Of a DNA stretch of 64,000 bases, positions 45,591 to 55,795 are shown piece after piece. The stretch spans positions 1 through 64,000 of the forward strand of contig CAWDOY010000039.1 in the NCBI GenBank assembly GCA_963803975.1, given 5' to 3'. Below the pieces are notes generated by a model. That model saw only the letters and a list, made by a program, of their open reading frames with translations. It searched no databases and had not been told where the DNA came from. This DNA is from an uncultured delta proteobacterium. GTDB lineage: Bacteria > Desulfobacterota > WTBG01 > CAIYCZ01. Numbering within the stretch: the first letter of the stretch is position 1; every line of letters starts with the position of its first letter. The position numbers and the translations under genes are program-made.

Positions 45591-45619
45591 AGTATAGAAA
45601 ATCCCGGGCCGGGTGTCAA
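45591..45619 (-). promoter_or_regulatory. sigma70 promoter of the moxR operon
   Basis: TTGACA-17 nt-TATACT on the minus strand. Confidence 0.7.
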
Positions 45620-45883
45620 AAGGAAAGAACTGGGAACAGGGTCTGGGGGTTAGTGGTTGGGGATTAGTGATTGGAGATTGTCGGCATGCGCACTGTGAAA
45701 ATTAGTGACCAGTGAGCCGTGTCTCGTGTAATAAAACGAAAAATTACATGGAGGTAAAGATTGAAGAAATTTATTTAATTGTAATAACTTAGATTGAATA
45801 TGACAGCAGTATAGCACTGAATAGCTTTGCTCAATGCAGCCCCCGCTTTAAATTCAGCAAAAGCAACAAGGCTATAAATACTA

Positions 45884-46489
45884 TTATGACATAACCTTAA
45901 AATACCCCAGCTTTTCTTCAAGCCTTTTGCCCTGCTCATTGAGGTCATTCATTCTTTTGTTTAACTCATCAGTTGATAAATGATTGACCGTATCTTTACA
46001 GTTTAAAATTGATTTATTTAAATGTGCCTGCGCCTCCTGGATTGCAGCCAGCTTTTCCCTGAGACTTGCAAGCATTTGATTGATATTATCCGTTTCTCTA
46101 TACAGGTAATCATATTTTCGGAGCTGGATGGGAGCCGGCACGACACCCTCTTTAATTGCCTTAAAAATAAGATTGAAGCGATAGATCGGCCCGGTTATTC
46201 TGTGAGAGATGAAAATGGAGTGGCAACCCACAGCAACAAGGGACAATAATAATGCAAGCCAGGATTTCTTAAACAGGTACAGGATCTGGTTTGCTGCAAT
46301 GAGCACATTGTCTGAAGATATGCTTGATTTATCCAGTTCTATCAGCAGCGAGGTAAACAAAAACAGCCCCACAACAGCACAGAAGAGAAGCACGTAACTA
46401 AATGATATGAGCATAAGTGCTAATTGCAATTTTCCATAGACAATATATTTTCTTCTTTTAAAAATTCCGGGCATCAGATTTTTTAACAT
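45884..46489 (-). CDS. Two-TM membrane protein with HAMP-like region and coiled coil
   Basis: SHRITGPIYRF..LRKYD motif; RBS GGAGG. Confidence 0.75.
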   Translation of the reverse strand: MLKNLMPGIFKRRKYIVYGKLQLALMLISFSYVLLFCAVVGLFLFTSLLIELDKSSISSDNVLIAANQILYLFKKSWLALLLSLVAVGCHSIFISHRITGPIYRFNLIFKAIKEGVVPAPIQLRKYDYLYRETDNINQMLASLREKLAAIQEAQAHLNKSILNCKDTVNHLSTDELNKRMNDLNEQGKRLEEKLGYFKVMS

Positions 46490-46828
46490 TTGATTTCCTC
46501 CAGATAACCTCTACAAAACCATAGGGGACCCATTAAAGGTTCCTTGTCAAGAGAATAGTCTTCCCCTGTGACAAAAAGCTCTACTGTTTTGCCTTGGGAA
46601 AACCATCGTGCAGCAAGGCAGTCTCCGTTTTTTCTCCCGTTATTTCTTTTATTCTGTAGATAACGGAATAACCATTCCGTTCCAGTCACCCATCTGGCTC
46701 AAGGCAGATACAATAATTCCCGCACGTAAAGTCATTTTTACCCCCGCCCCAGATATATCCCCGAGGGGAGATCTGCGTTTGTAGGGCAACTATGAAAGCC
46801 TGTTTTTTCTAAAACCTGCTTTTTAACA

Positions 46829-48319
46829 TCAGAAAAGAATTCCCCTCGGTGCAGCAAGCTTTGGACCATACAGCATTTTCTGACCATAGACCTGTAATTT
46901 ATAGTAGTAGGTTATGTTACGCTTCACTTGTTCATCGTCAAATGTGTACAATGCCCCCTTAGCGGAAGAGCCCTTGGCCTTGATAAGCTCATTATTAATT
47001 TTCACATATGTTCCATCAATTGTTTCTGAACGGTATATATTAAAGCCCTTATTCTTGTTTTCATTTTTAGTAACCCACAACAGGGTCACTTTTGAACGGC
47101 GAGGTAGTGCAAAAAAAGAGCGCATTTCAATAACAGGCTCAAAAAGTTTATTCTCATAGAAATACACTTCGTTTTCTGTTGAACCAGTGACAACCAGATC
47201 AAGATCACCATCCCCGTCAAAATCACTTAAAGAATTATCTCCTGGTCCTTTCACCGTATCGTCAATAATATGTTCAGTAAAATTCATCCTGCCATTTATC
47301 ATGCTCCCTTCGAGCCAGGATATTTTTGAGAGCGCTGTGCCGCCAGTCATGGGGAAGGATGATACAACTATGTCAGGTATGCCGTCAGCATTTATGTCAC
47401 CGGTGGATAAATCCATACCAGCAATGTTTTCTGCAAGTACATGTTTTGTCCATGTACCATTACTCTCTGATGGAGCCTCATACCAGAACACGGTGGGCAC
47501 TGAAATATTAGTCGCTATCACATCTTTTTTACCGTCGCCGGTAATATCAAGACAGAAGGAATCAAAGGTTCCTGAAACACTATCAATAGCGTTTCTCTTA
47601 AACACAAAAGATGCATTGTTATATGCAACATCAATATATTCAATGTTACCAGAGAGCGCGTTTGAGCTCAAAATATCAACGTTTCCATCACCGTTAATGT
47701 CATCAAGGTTAATATATACGCCGGTTCCATCTGCTAACGAATGCTGTTCCCATGTAGCATTAACACTGTCAGGATTTCCAGGATTAAGAAAAATGACAGC
47801 TCGCTTATAACCTCCAGCTATTATGTCTTGAAAGCCATCATTATTGAAATCAAACAAAAGTATTGTTGCAAAGGAGTTCCCTGCATCCTCTTCTATCTGA
47901 AAGCGCTGCCATATCCCGCTTGAGGCATCCACAGGTGCTTTGTACCAGTATATAGTCCCTGCAAGCGTTGCCACTGCCACATCTATACGCCCATCGTTAT
48001 CAATGTCTCCTGCAGTAATACCGTTAGCGTTCTTAACTGTATCTTCCATGGGGTCATGTGCGTTAATAAGTATTTTATCCCATGCAGCGCCACCGCCATT
48101 GTTGCGAAACCAGGCAATTTCTGAATTATATTCACCCGGGTGATAGTCGGTTGTTGTCAATACATCAAAGTCTCCATCCCCATCAATATCCTCTACATAG
48201 AGATACGCCGGGTGGAGTTGATACATGCTTTGTTTTTTCCACCCATCTGAAATCCCACCATATGCAATTGAAACAAAAAAGCATATTGCAGTTTGTAAAA
48301 GAAAAATTTTCTTTATCAT
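46829..48319 (-). CDS. Secreted FG-GAP/VCBS repeat protein with Fn3/Ig-like C-terminal domain
   Basis: Seven D-x-D/N-x-D-G-x-x-D repeats; signal peptide; C-terminal W.T..E..N.GFNIYR domain. Confidence 0.88.
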   Translation of the reverse strand: MIKKIFLLQTAICFFVSIAYGGISDGWKKQSMYQLHPAYLYVEDIDGDGDFDVLTTTDYHPGEYNSEIAWFRNNGGGAAWDKILINAHDPMEDTVKNANGITAGDIDNDGRIDVAVATLAGTIYWYKAPVDASSGIWQRFQIEEDAGNSFATILLFDFNNDGFQDIIAGGYKRAVIFLNPGNPDSVNATWEQHSLADGTGVYINLDDINGDGNVDILSSNALSGNIEYIDVAYNNASFVFKRNAIDSVSGTFDSFCLDITGDGKKDVIATNISVPTVFWYEAPSESNGTWTKHVLAENIAGMDLSTGDINADGIPDIVVSSFPMTGGTALSKISWLEGSMINGRMNFTEHIIDDTVKGPGDNSLSDFDGDGDLDLVVTGSTENEVYFYENKLFEPVIEMRSFFALPRRSKVTLLWVTKNENKNKGFNIYRSETIDGTYVKINNELIKAKGSSAKGALYTFDDEQVKRNITYYYKLQVYGQKMLYGPKLAAPRGILF

Positions 48320-48364
48320 ATCGTTTGCCTCCTCGTCTTGCAAAACCTTCTAACCTTAATATCA

Positions 48365-50621
48365 TTACTGAGGGAGAATACCCCAGATAAGACGTGGGGT
48401 GGCAACAGCAGGGCCGTACTTTCTGGTCCGTACCGGATTCTTCACCGCTTCCACCATATAAAAATATTTTGTCCCGTTCTCAAGGTTTTTATCTATAAAC
48501 TGGTAGCGCTTTAAACTTCCACTACCTCCCTGTGGTGGAATCAGTTCATCATTTATTTTCTCATACTCTCCATCAGCGCTGCTTGCCCGATAGACATTAA
48601 ATCCCTTGTTGCCAGCCTCATTACTCGTTACCCAGGTAAGTTTTACGGCGCTGTTGCGTGGCGCTGCACGAAAGAAGTTAAGGTCAATAATGTCCGGCAG
48701 ATTGATTGCTTCAATTATTGCTTTGGCTCCTGCTTCCACAAGCAATTCCCTGCCCACCCCCTGGTTATTGCCAAGAAACGTACCGCATAGTATGACCCTG
48801 GTTGGTTTTTCCTTACTTCCCTTATAAACCGGGGAGTTGCTGCTGCAGGTCTTCGGATCCTTTAAACATCCGGGAGGACCGGGCCAGCCAGTCCCATCAA
48901 ACACCTTCACCGTAAAACCCTCTTCATCAATATCAGCAGGGTTATACTTTGTGCCATCTGCATCAGCTTTATCACGTGCATAACTATTCTGACTGAATAT
49001 ATTATTACCTAAAGCCTCCTCCCGTGTCCCCCACCAAACATCGGTATCATCAGTAAAAAAATAGCCGTGGAGCACTATGATAGTATCAAAATTACTAATC
49101 CCGTTATCTATTGTTTCTCCCAAAGCATTAACATACGTACCATTAATTGATGTATCTATTGTTTCCCCTACACTTATTACATTGCCAAATGGCTTATCAG
49201 TACCCGGCGGGTCAAAGGTGGACCCTTCTGAATATTTAAATGGGGCGGTAACCAGTTCAAATTTACCATCCCACGAAAAATTATCTTTAATCCTTTTGCG
49301 TGCTCTGGTCACTACATCATCTGCCATCCGGTAATAACAATCACAGGCCTGGGCATTCTTATAGCCATTATAATAGCCGTATTGCGCAAGAATAACCTTC
49401 AATGAGCTATCCTTTGAAATATTATATTTACTGATTGTATACTCAAGCATCGCAAGCACTGCAGATTCATACTCTTCAAAATTGCCAAAGGCACGGGTAA
49501 ATCTTAAATCTATAGTCGCTTTATTGGTTTCAGCAAAATATTTTGCCAAGGGTAACGGATGTTTCCAGTGCTTTTCCCATGGCTTGTTTGAGAGATAGGC
49601 ATTCAGATCTTCTGTCGCAGCTGGACCTGCCCCGTCGTTTATATCTTCAACGCACTCCTTGAACGTCTTCCCAGGCACATTGCTTATTCCCGCATCGTTG
49701 TTGTCATACCAGTCGTGTCCATATTGGGTTAGATTTGCATGAAGAACCTCTGGAAATGAAACAATAATTTTTTCCACCTGCTCTTTATTAATAAGCTCAT
49801 CAATAGCTGTCTCTATACTGTCAGGCCACTTTTGGGGCTTCCCATAGATATCTACATTTTCACGATAGGTATCCCATGCACGGCGGTATACAAACCGATA
49901 CTGTGGCATTAATTCCTGCAGTCGATCTTTGATGTTGAGCAGTTCCGGGTCGTCAGGGGGATAATCCGGCGCATCATTCCCGAACCACCATTTTTCAAGC
50001 TGTTTTCTGTAGGGAATTTTATTGTTTGGCTCCCGCGAATATAATTCCATCAAAGAGAAACCGTCTAATTCCAGAAAATCCGCAATCCCGATTCCGGTCT
50101 CCGGCAGGGTCATCCACATGAGGCCCCCATATCTTTGCCCCGGTCTTTGGATCAATGGTGCTGTGGCCAAATGCCAAGGGAGCCCAGGGAATCGGAATAC
50201 CAGCTGCAAAACAGTCATCCTCAAAATCTGCAATACCATTGCCACTCGCATCTTGCAGGTGATCAATCAGTGTATGTATCGGGTAGGAGCCGGCATACTG
50301 GTTGCAGAAAACATCTATGGTCGTTCCCTCGTCCACGCCGCAGATGGCAGCCTCAGCTTCATTTGCATAGTGGATGAGGGTGTAACAGGTCTTTCCCTCA
50401 AGCGGCCCGCCGGCAAAAAATCCCGGATCAAAAAAATCAAATAATCCATTGAAGTATTGTGGAATCCAGTCAGGCGCGTATTCATCAGCGGTACCGGCAT
50501 GAAGAAATAATATCCCAATATTCTTTTTCTGTGCACTGTCAGCTGATGAAGTCACACATAAGAAAGCAGCGCACAGCAGAAGCATTGCTAATGACCGCTT
50601 TACCGTTTTTTTGTTAAACAT
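48365..50621 (-). CDS. Secreted protein, possible chelatase-like core, with Fn3/Ig-like C-terminal domain (frameshift near 50100)
   Basis: Signal peptide, IGILFLHAGT..., joins track ORFs 50019 and 48365; C-terminal domain homologous to that of 46829. Confidence 0.7.
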
Positions 50622-50904
50622 ATTTCCACTCTTTTTTTGGTATTATTTTTACAATAAAAAAACTCCACCAGCGCCCAGGCCGATAGAGGTCAATTTTAAT
50701 CTTTCTTGAAATTATCTGCAGCAGTATTCCTGACCATAGGATACCTCTGATCATTGTGATTAAATAATACGCATCTTATGAAAGAAATTCAACTATAATC
50801 TTTACCCAATTTATTATAATTATAAGCAAGACTACTAAGCGGATATAGTGTGGTGGGCATTAAACGCGTATTTTTTTGTATCTTCATGCTCCCGCGGATG
50901 GCTA

Positions 50905-51945
50905 TTATCTGTGCCCGGCCATGTACGCCTCGCGTGCGGCGTAATACTGTTTTCCTGCTTCACGGATGCGCTCCCGGATGGGCAGCTCATAGGGGCAGCG
51001 TTTTTCACATTCGCCGCAGTCGATACAGTCGGGGATCTTCTGCATGAATTTATCCCACTCGCCTTTGAATATGCGCTCAGGGTCAAAGCGGGTGAGCGCC
51101 ACCGGGGTGTACATGATGGCTGATATCAGGATCTGCTGCGGGCAGGGCTGGCAATAGTTGCACATCCGGCAGAATCCGCTGCCAAGCTCTTTGCGGATGC
51201 GCTCCATGTCCTTCAGCTCCTCCGCGGTAAGCGGTTCAGCTGCTTCAACAATCCGTATTACCTCTGCCATTTCTCCCGGCCGGGCAATGCCGATAAGCGT
51301 TAGCGTATCCGTGAACTGCTGCAGGTACTTAAAGGCGAGCACCGGTTTTTCAAGCATGCCCCCGGCCATGGGCTTCATGATGATTATGCCGATGTCACGC
51401 TCGCGCGCCAGCGGTATGAGCTCTTCTGCTGCCTCGGTGTTGACAAAGTTAAGCCCTATCATGACGGTTTCAAAGCAGTCAGTGAGAAGCGCCTCTTTGG
51501 CCACTGAAAGGCGGTGTGAGGTGATGCCGATGTGCCGCACTTTTCCGGCATCGCGGGCCTTGCGCACGACCTCGTAGGGCCCTCCGGGGGCAAACACTGC
51601 CTGCAGGTTTTCTTCAGAGCTTACATTGTGAAACTGATACAGGTCAACATAGTCGGTCCGCAGGTTTTTCAGGCTGGTCTCAAGATCAGCCGCAACCGCT
51701 TCCCCGGTGCGCGAGGCTGACTTGGTAGCAAGCACCAGATCCTCTCTCCGGCCGGCGATGGCTTTCCCGATGCGCTCTTCGCTATTGGTGTACATGCGCG
51801 AGGTGTCAATAAAGTTTATTCCCAGGTCAAGGCTCTCCTGCACGAGGCGTATTGCCGTTTCCTCGGGCGGGGTCTGAATGGGTATGCCGCCAAAACCTAT
51901 TTTAGTAACCTTTAAACCGGTCTTACCCAGCCGGATTTTTTCCAT
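50905..51945 (-). CDS. Aldo/keto reductase with C-terminal Fe-S dicluster
   Basis: LGKTGLKV..IGFGG, DTSRMY, CRMCNYCQPCP, CIDCGECEKRCP. Confidence 0.93.
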   Translation of the reverse strand: MEKIRLGKTGLKVTKIGFGGIPIQTPPEETAIRLVQESLDLGINFIDTSRMYTNSEERIGKAIAGRREDLVLATKSASRTGEAVAADLETSLKNLRTDYVDLYQFHNVSSEENLQAVFAPGGPYEVVRKARDAGKVRHIGITSHRLSVAKEALLTDCFETVMIGLNFVNTEAAEELIPLARERDIGIIIMKPMAGGMLEKPVLAFKYLQQFTDTLTLIGIARPGEMAEVIRIVEAAEPLTAEELKDMERIRKELGSGFCRMCNYCQPCPQQILISAIMYTPVALTRFDPERIFKGEWDKFMQKIPDCIDCGECEKRCPYELPIRERIREAGKQYYAAREAYMAGHR

Positions 51946-51984
51946 GAATGTATGCCTCCTGATATAATGAGCGGGCTGCGCCTG

Positions 51985-52371
51985 TTACCGTTGTTTTTTT
52001 CGCCGGATACGGAGCCTGTCCAGATTAAGCTGTGCTTCGGCAACACCATTCTGCGCCTTGCCGAACACCTCGCTCATGACCGTGAATACCTTTTCCAGTT
52101 CACCGCACACGTAATCAGCACAGTCCGCACAGGTTTCAAGCCCCTTCTCCCGGCAGCAGCGCCGGATTTCACACATGCTGCAGTAGCCGAGATGCTCACC
52201 GTCTTCAAGACAGCCGACGCAATTGATCCGCTCCGGAGGGATCTCCATGCCGTAGAACTCCGACTGCTCGGCTGCGTAACTGCGCCGCAGCTCATCATTG
52301 TTTTCTATGGTGGCGATGTAAGCGGGGCACTTTGAGCACTCGACCCCGCAATAGCCAAGCATGTATTTCAT
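51985..52371 (-). CDS. DUF3795 Cys-rich protein
   Basis: YCGVECSKC, CVGC, CEIRRCC, TCADCADYVC. Confidence 0.85.
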   Translation of the reverse strand: MKYMLGYCGVECSKCPAYIATIENNDELRRSYAAEQSEFYGMEIPPERINCVGCLEDGEHLGYCSMCEIRRCCREKGLETCADCADYVCGELEKVFTVMSEVFGKAQNGVAEAQLNLDRLRIRRKKQR

Positions 52372-52405
52372 ACGTACAACTCCTTCTGGTATTGTGAGTA
52401 TTGGG

Positions 52406-52765
52406 TTAAAACCCCGGACGCGGCGTCAGGGAGACCGATAGAACCCAGCTCACAATACTGATGAGAATCGATCCTAAAATTCCTCCCCCCAAACCGCTGA
52501 TATAAAACCCCGGCACAATAAACGAAACCAGCCCCAGCAGCAGTCCATTCAGAATCAGCAGAAAGAATCCAAAGGTTACCACGGTCAGGGGCAGCGTCAG
52601 GAAAATAAGGATGGGCCGGATTACAGCATTAATTATTCCGAGGATGAAAGACGCGACAAGAGCTGCTGCAAAACCATCCACCCGCATGATCCCCGGGAAG
52701 AGATACGCGATGATCATCATAGCAACCATATTTATTATAACGCGGGCTATAAACATAACAGACAT
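52406..52765 (-). CDS. Phage-holin-family-4 (YvlD-like) membrane protein
   Basis: LGIINAVIRPIL..LTLPLTVVTFGFFLLILN. Confidence 0.85.
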   Translation of the reverse strand: MSVMFIARVIINMVAMMIIAYLFPGIMRVDGFAAALVASFILGIINAVIRPILIFLTLPLTVVTFGFFLLILNGLLLGLVSFIVPGFYISGLGGGILGSILISIVSWVLSVSLTPRPGF

Positions 52766-52884
52766 ACCCTCTTTCAGACCGGGAAAAACAACTTTTTCAA
52801 CAAACTGCTTTGCATGTTTCCCGGGTTAATGTGTTGGCTTCCCTGCATCAGGCCGCGGGGAAGCCAAGGAGCGCGGTCAATGCA

Positions 52885-53463
52885 TTATTCCCAGGGGCAG
52901 TTCCATGAATCAGGATTTACTCCGGGAGCTGTCCACAGGGCACGCTTGATCCCCTTAACCATGTTAAAATACTGCATCATTTCAGGAACGATTTTGGTAA
53001 CAATGAGAAAGTCCGGAATTACTGTCTGACCAAAATCAGCCAACTGCCTCTCCACATGCAACAGTTCGCACCCGCGCTGCCACTCTTCATCACCTTTATG
53101 AAAGACCTGCGCATTTCCCCACATCCGCAGGCCGCGGGTTGATTTGTAGCCGAAGTAGGGAGAGATAAGGCCCACACTGCAGCGCGCGTTGCGCTCAATA
53201 AACATCTTCTTCCACTCTATCACCTTATTCTTTTCCCCTGCGTGATAGAACGTATGGCTCATGCCTTCGGACACCACATAAAGGGTTGCTCCATCATTGC
53301 GATATTCAACCGGGATGGCCCGGGGCACATTATTATAGGCCAGGGCGAGAGTACAGATGTTATTTATTTCAAGATATTCAACAATTTCCCGGTACAGCTC
53401 TTCCTGAGTGAGTGTTTTTTTCGCTACAGCTTTTTTTTCAGGTTCTGCCATGCTCTTCTCCAA
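52885..53463 (-). CDS. Pyridoxamine 5'-phosphate oxidase-like FMN-binding protein
   Basis: CTLALAYNNVPRAIPVEY, K..FIERN..CS, RGLRMWG.A. Confidence 0.75.
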   Translation of the reverse strand: MEKSMAEPEKKAVAKKTLTQEELYREIVEYLEINNICTLALAYNNVPRAIPVEYRNDGATLYVVSEGMSHTFYHAGEKNKVIEWKKMFIERNARCSVGLISPYFGYKSTRGLRMWGNAQVFHKGDEEWQRGCELLHVERQLADFGQTVIPDFLIVTKIVPEMMQYFNMVKGIKRALWTAPGVNPDSWNCPWE

Positions 53464-53549
53464 TGCTTTTCTTGTGGATAGTTTCCCGGTTGCCTGGGCT
53501 TTTTTGAAACAGGATTAATCCCTGCTGCATACTAACGGCATATATAATA

Positions 53550-53577
53550 ATTATACGGGCGAGAGAGGGGGAGTCAA
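53550..53577 (-). promoter_or_regulatory. sigma70 promoter
   Basis: TTGACT-16 nt-TATAAT on the minus strand. Confidence 0.55.
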
Positions 53578-53733
53578 GGAGATAGTTGGAGGAAAGTGAA
53601 ACGTGGCAGGTGTAACGTGAAAAAGGAAAAGCTGGAAGGTCTAAAAAACAGGCTTCAGGAGGCAGGGACTGTTGTCCCCGGTTCCTGAAGCCTGCGGACA
53701 GCACGATGCAAAAGGCTTTGTCGTGATGCGCTG

Positions 53734-54949
53734 CTATATCCTGGTTGCGGTTTCTTCAGAAACCGGGTGCTTCTCAACCCGCTGGAAGCGGTCAGGGATT
53801 TCGTAATCGACGGTCTCCGGGTGATGCTCGAAGATCGGGAAATACCGGGCAATCAGGGCGAAGAAGAGGATATGGGCAGCAATGATGCCTACCGTTACCA
53901 CCGACTCCAGAAAAGAAGGATAATAAGTCTGCTGGTTCTTCTGGATCATCCCGAACATGGAGACGTTGAAACGGTTCAGGATCAGGCCGAAGAAGACCAC
54001 CATCGAGGCCGCGCGCAGCTGCAGCGCGCCATCGGTCCTGATGCGCTTGCCCATGAACAGTATCAGCGGCACTATGATGCCCAGCACTATCTCCGCCAGG
54101 AAAAGAACGGTGAGCACCGGCCGGTCAAAAAGCGGCCGCGCGCTCAGGAACGCCAGAGCATAGAGCTTCAGGCACAGGTAGATGGCCAAGGAACCAGGGG
54201 ATGATCTTTGTCAGCGTCGCGAGCAGCTCGGTCTCATCCGGCTGCTTCAGGTAGCGGTGCACCAGGACGGCCTCCACGATAATTATGCACATGCCGGTGA
54301 AGACCGCTGAAATCCAGAACAGAAGCGGCAGAATCGGGCTGTACCAGAGGTTATGCAGCTTGTCCACGGCGATGAGGAAAAAGGTGCCGATGGTCGACTG
54401 ATGCAGGGTGGCAATGGATGCCCCGAGCACGATAAGCGGCACCTCGATGGTGCGCAGCACGCGCAGCGGAACATGCAAGCCGAACTTTTCGCACACCGGG
54501 GAAAGAAACTCAAGCAGCGCGACCGTCGTGTAGGACATGACGCACAGCGCTACTTCAAACATCGGTGAGTGTAAATTAGGATAGGCGAACACGTGCCACC
54601 CCCGCTGCGGCTGCCCCAGGTCAAGCAGCAGGCCGATGCACACCAGCGAGTAGCCGAGAAATCCCGTGACAATGGCAGGCCGGATCAGCGGCTCCAGCTT
54701 TTTAATGTGAAAGCAGTGAACGATGGCCCCTAGCACAAAGGCCCCAGCTGCCAGGGGAACTGAGGTCACCACGTCAAAAGAGATCCAGAGCCCCCACGGG
54801 TAGGTGTCGCTCAGGTTCGTTGTAGCACCGAGACCAAAGATGAAGCGGGCAATACCGGCTGCTGCGCCAGCGCCGACGAGCAGTATGAGAAGTTTTAGAA
54901 ACGGGTGGTAATTATCTACCTCCTGTCTGATTCTTTGTAACGCGGTCAT
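53734..54949 (-). CDS. hybB: NrfD/HybB family membrane subunit (frameshift near 54190)
   Basis: GLGATTNLSDTYPWGLWISFDV, LDLGQPQR, SPMFEVALC, TLHQS, LNRFNV. Confidence 0.85.
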
Positions 54950-55795
54950 GATCTGTCCTCCTTGTGCTCAGGGTGCGCCCCTTTTCCTGCTTCCGCCTCT
55001 TTGCGCAGCCGCTCCTTGCGGTGTGTCAGCCAGGAGATGAAAGAAAGAGTGCTGCCCATGGTGATAAAGACGGCCGGCACAAAGCGCAAAGCCGCCCAGG
55101 TGAAAGAGGGGAGCGGGCGCATGGTGACCTTTTTGAACCCGAGCTCATTAAAAGGCAGCGCCGACAGGTAGAGCACGCTGGTCCCGCCAGCCTCCTCCAG
55201 TCCGTAGATCCTGTTCACATATTTATCCGGCCTGGCGGCGAGACGCTGCTGAGCCTTCTCCACCATATCCTCGCGGCTGCCATAGCTGATGGCCGAGGGG
55301 CATGCTTTCGCGCAGGCCGGCATAAGTCCCTCTTTGACCCGGCTGTAGCAGCCCGTGCACTTCATGACCAGCGGGCAGGGCCTTGCTCCACTCGTATTTA
55401 GGGATGCCGAAGGGGCAGGCGATCATGCAGAAGCGGCAGCCGATGCAGCGCTCTGCATCATATACCACCGGGCCTTCCGGGGTCTTGATGAAGGCGCTGA
55501 CCGGGCAGACCGAGACGCAGGCAGGATCATTGCAGTGCATGCACATCTCCTTGTAGAAAGCGAACTCGTTCTGACCGTGCTTCTGATAGTCACGGAACTT
55601 GATGGTGGTCAGGGTGTGCTCCGATGTGGTCGGCGGGTTCTGGTAGCCCTCGCCCTTAAAAAAGCAGGTCTTTTCCGCCTCCAGCTGGTTCCACTGTTTG
55701 CAGGCCACCTGGCAGCCGCGACAGCCGGTGCAGCGGGTCAGGTCAATGAGAAAGGTCCGTTGCCGGAAAATATCCGTTGTCGTAGCAGCACTCAT
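54946..55795 (-). CDS. 4Fe-4S subunit, HybA/FdnH family, C-terminal TM (frameshift near 55375)
   Basis: CTGCRGCQVAC, CMHCNDPACVSVCP, CIGCRFCMIACPF, KCTGC, PACAKACP, YGLEEAGGT. Confidence 0.9.

Noticed and set aside
46483..46800. Intact gene between the FG-GAP and HAMP genes
   Set aside because: Reading frames are short and interrupted, with no recognisable motif; possibly a remnant
52406..52765. Prophage inferred from the holin-family gene
   Set aside because: YvlD-like genes are common chromosomal genes; there are no phage neighbours
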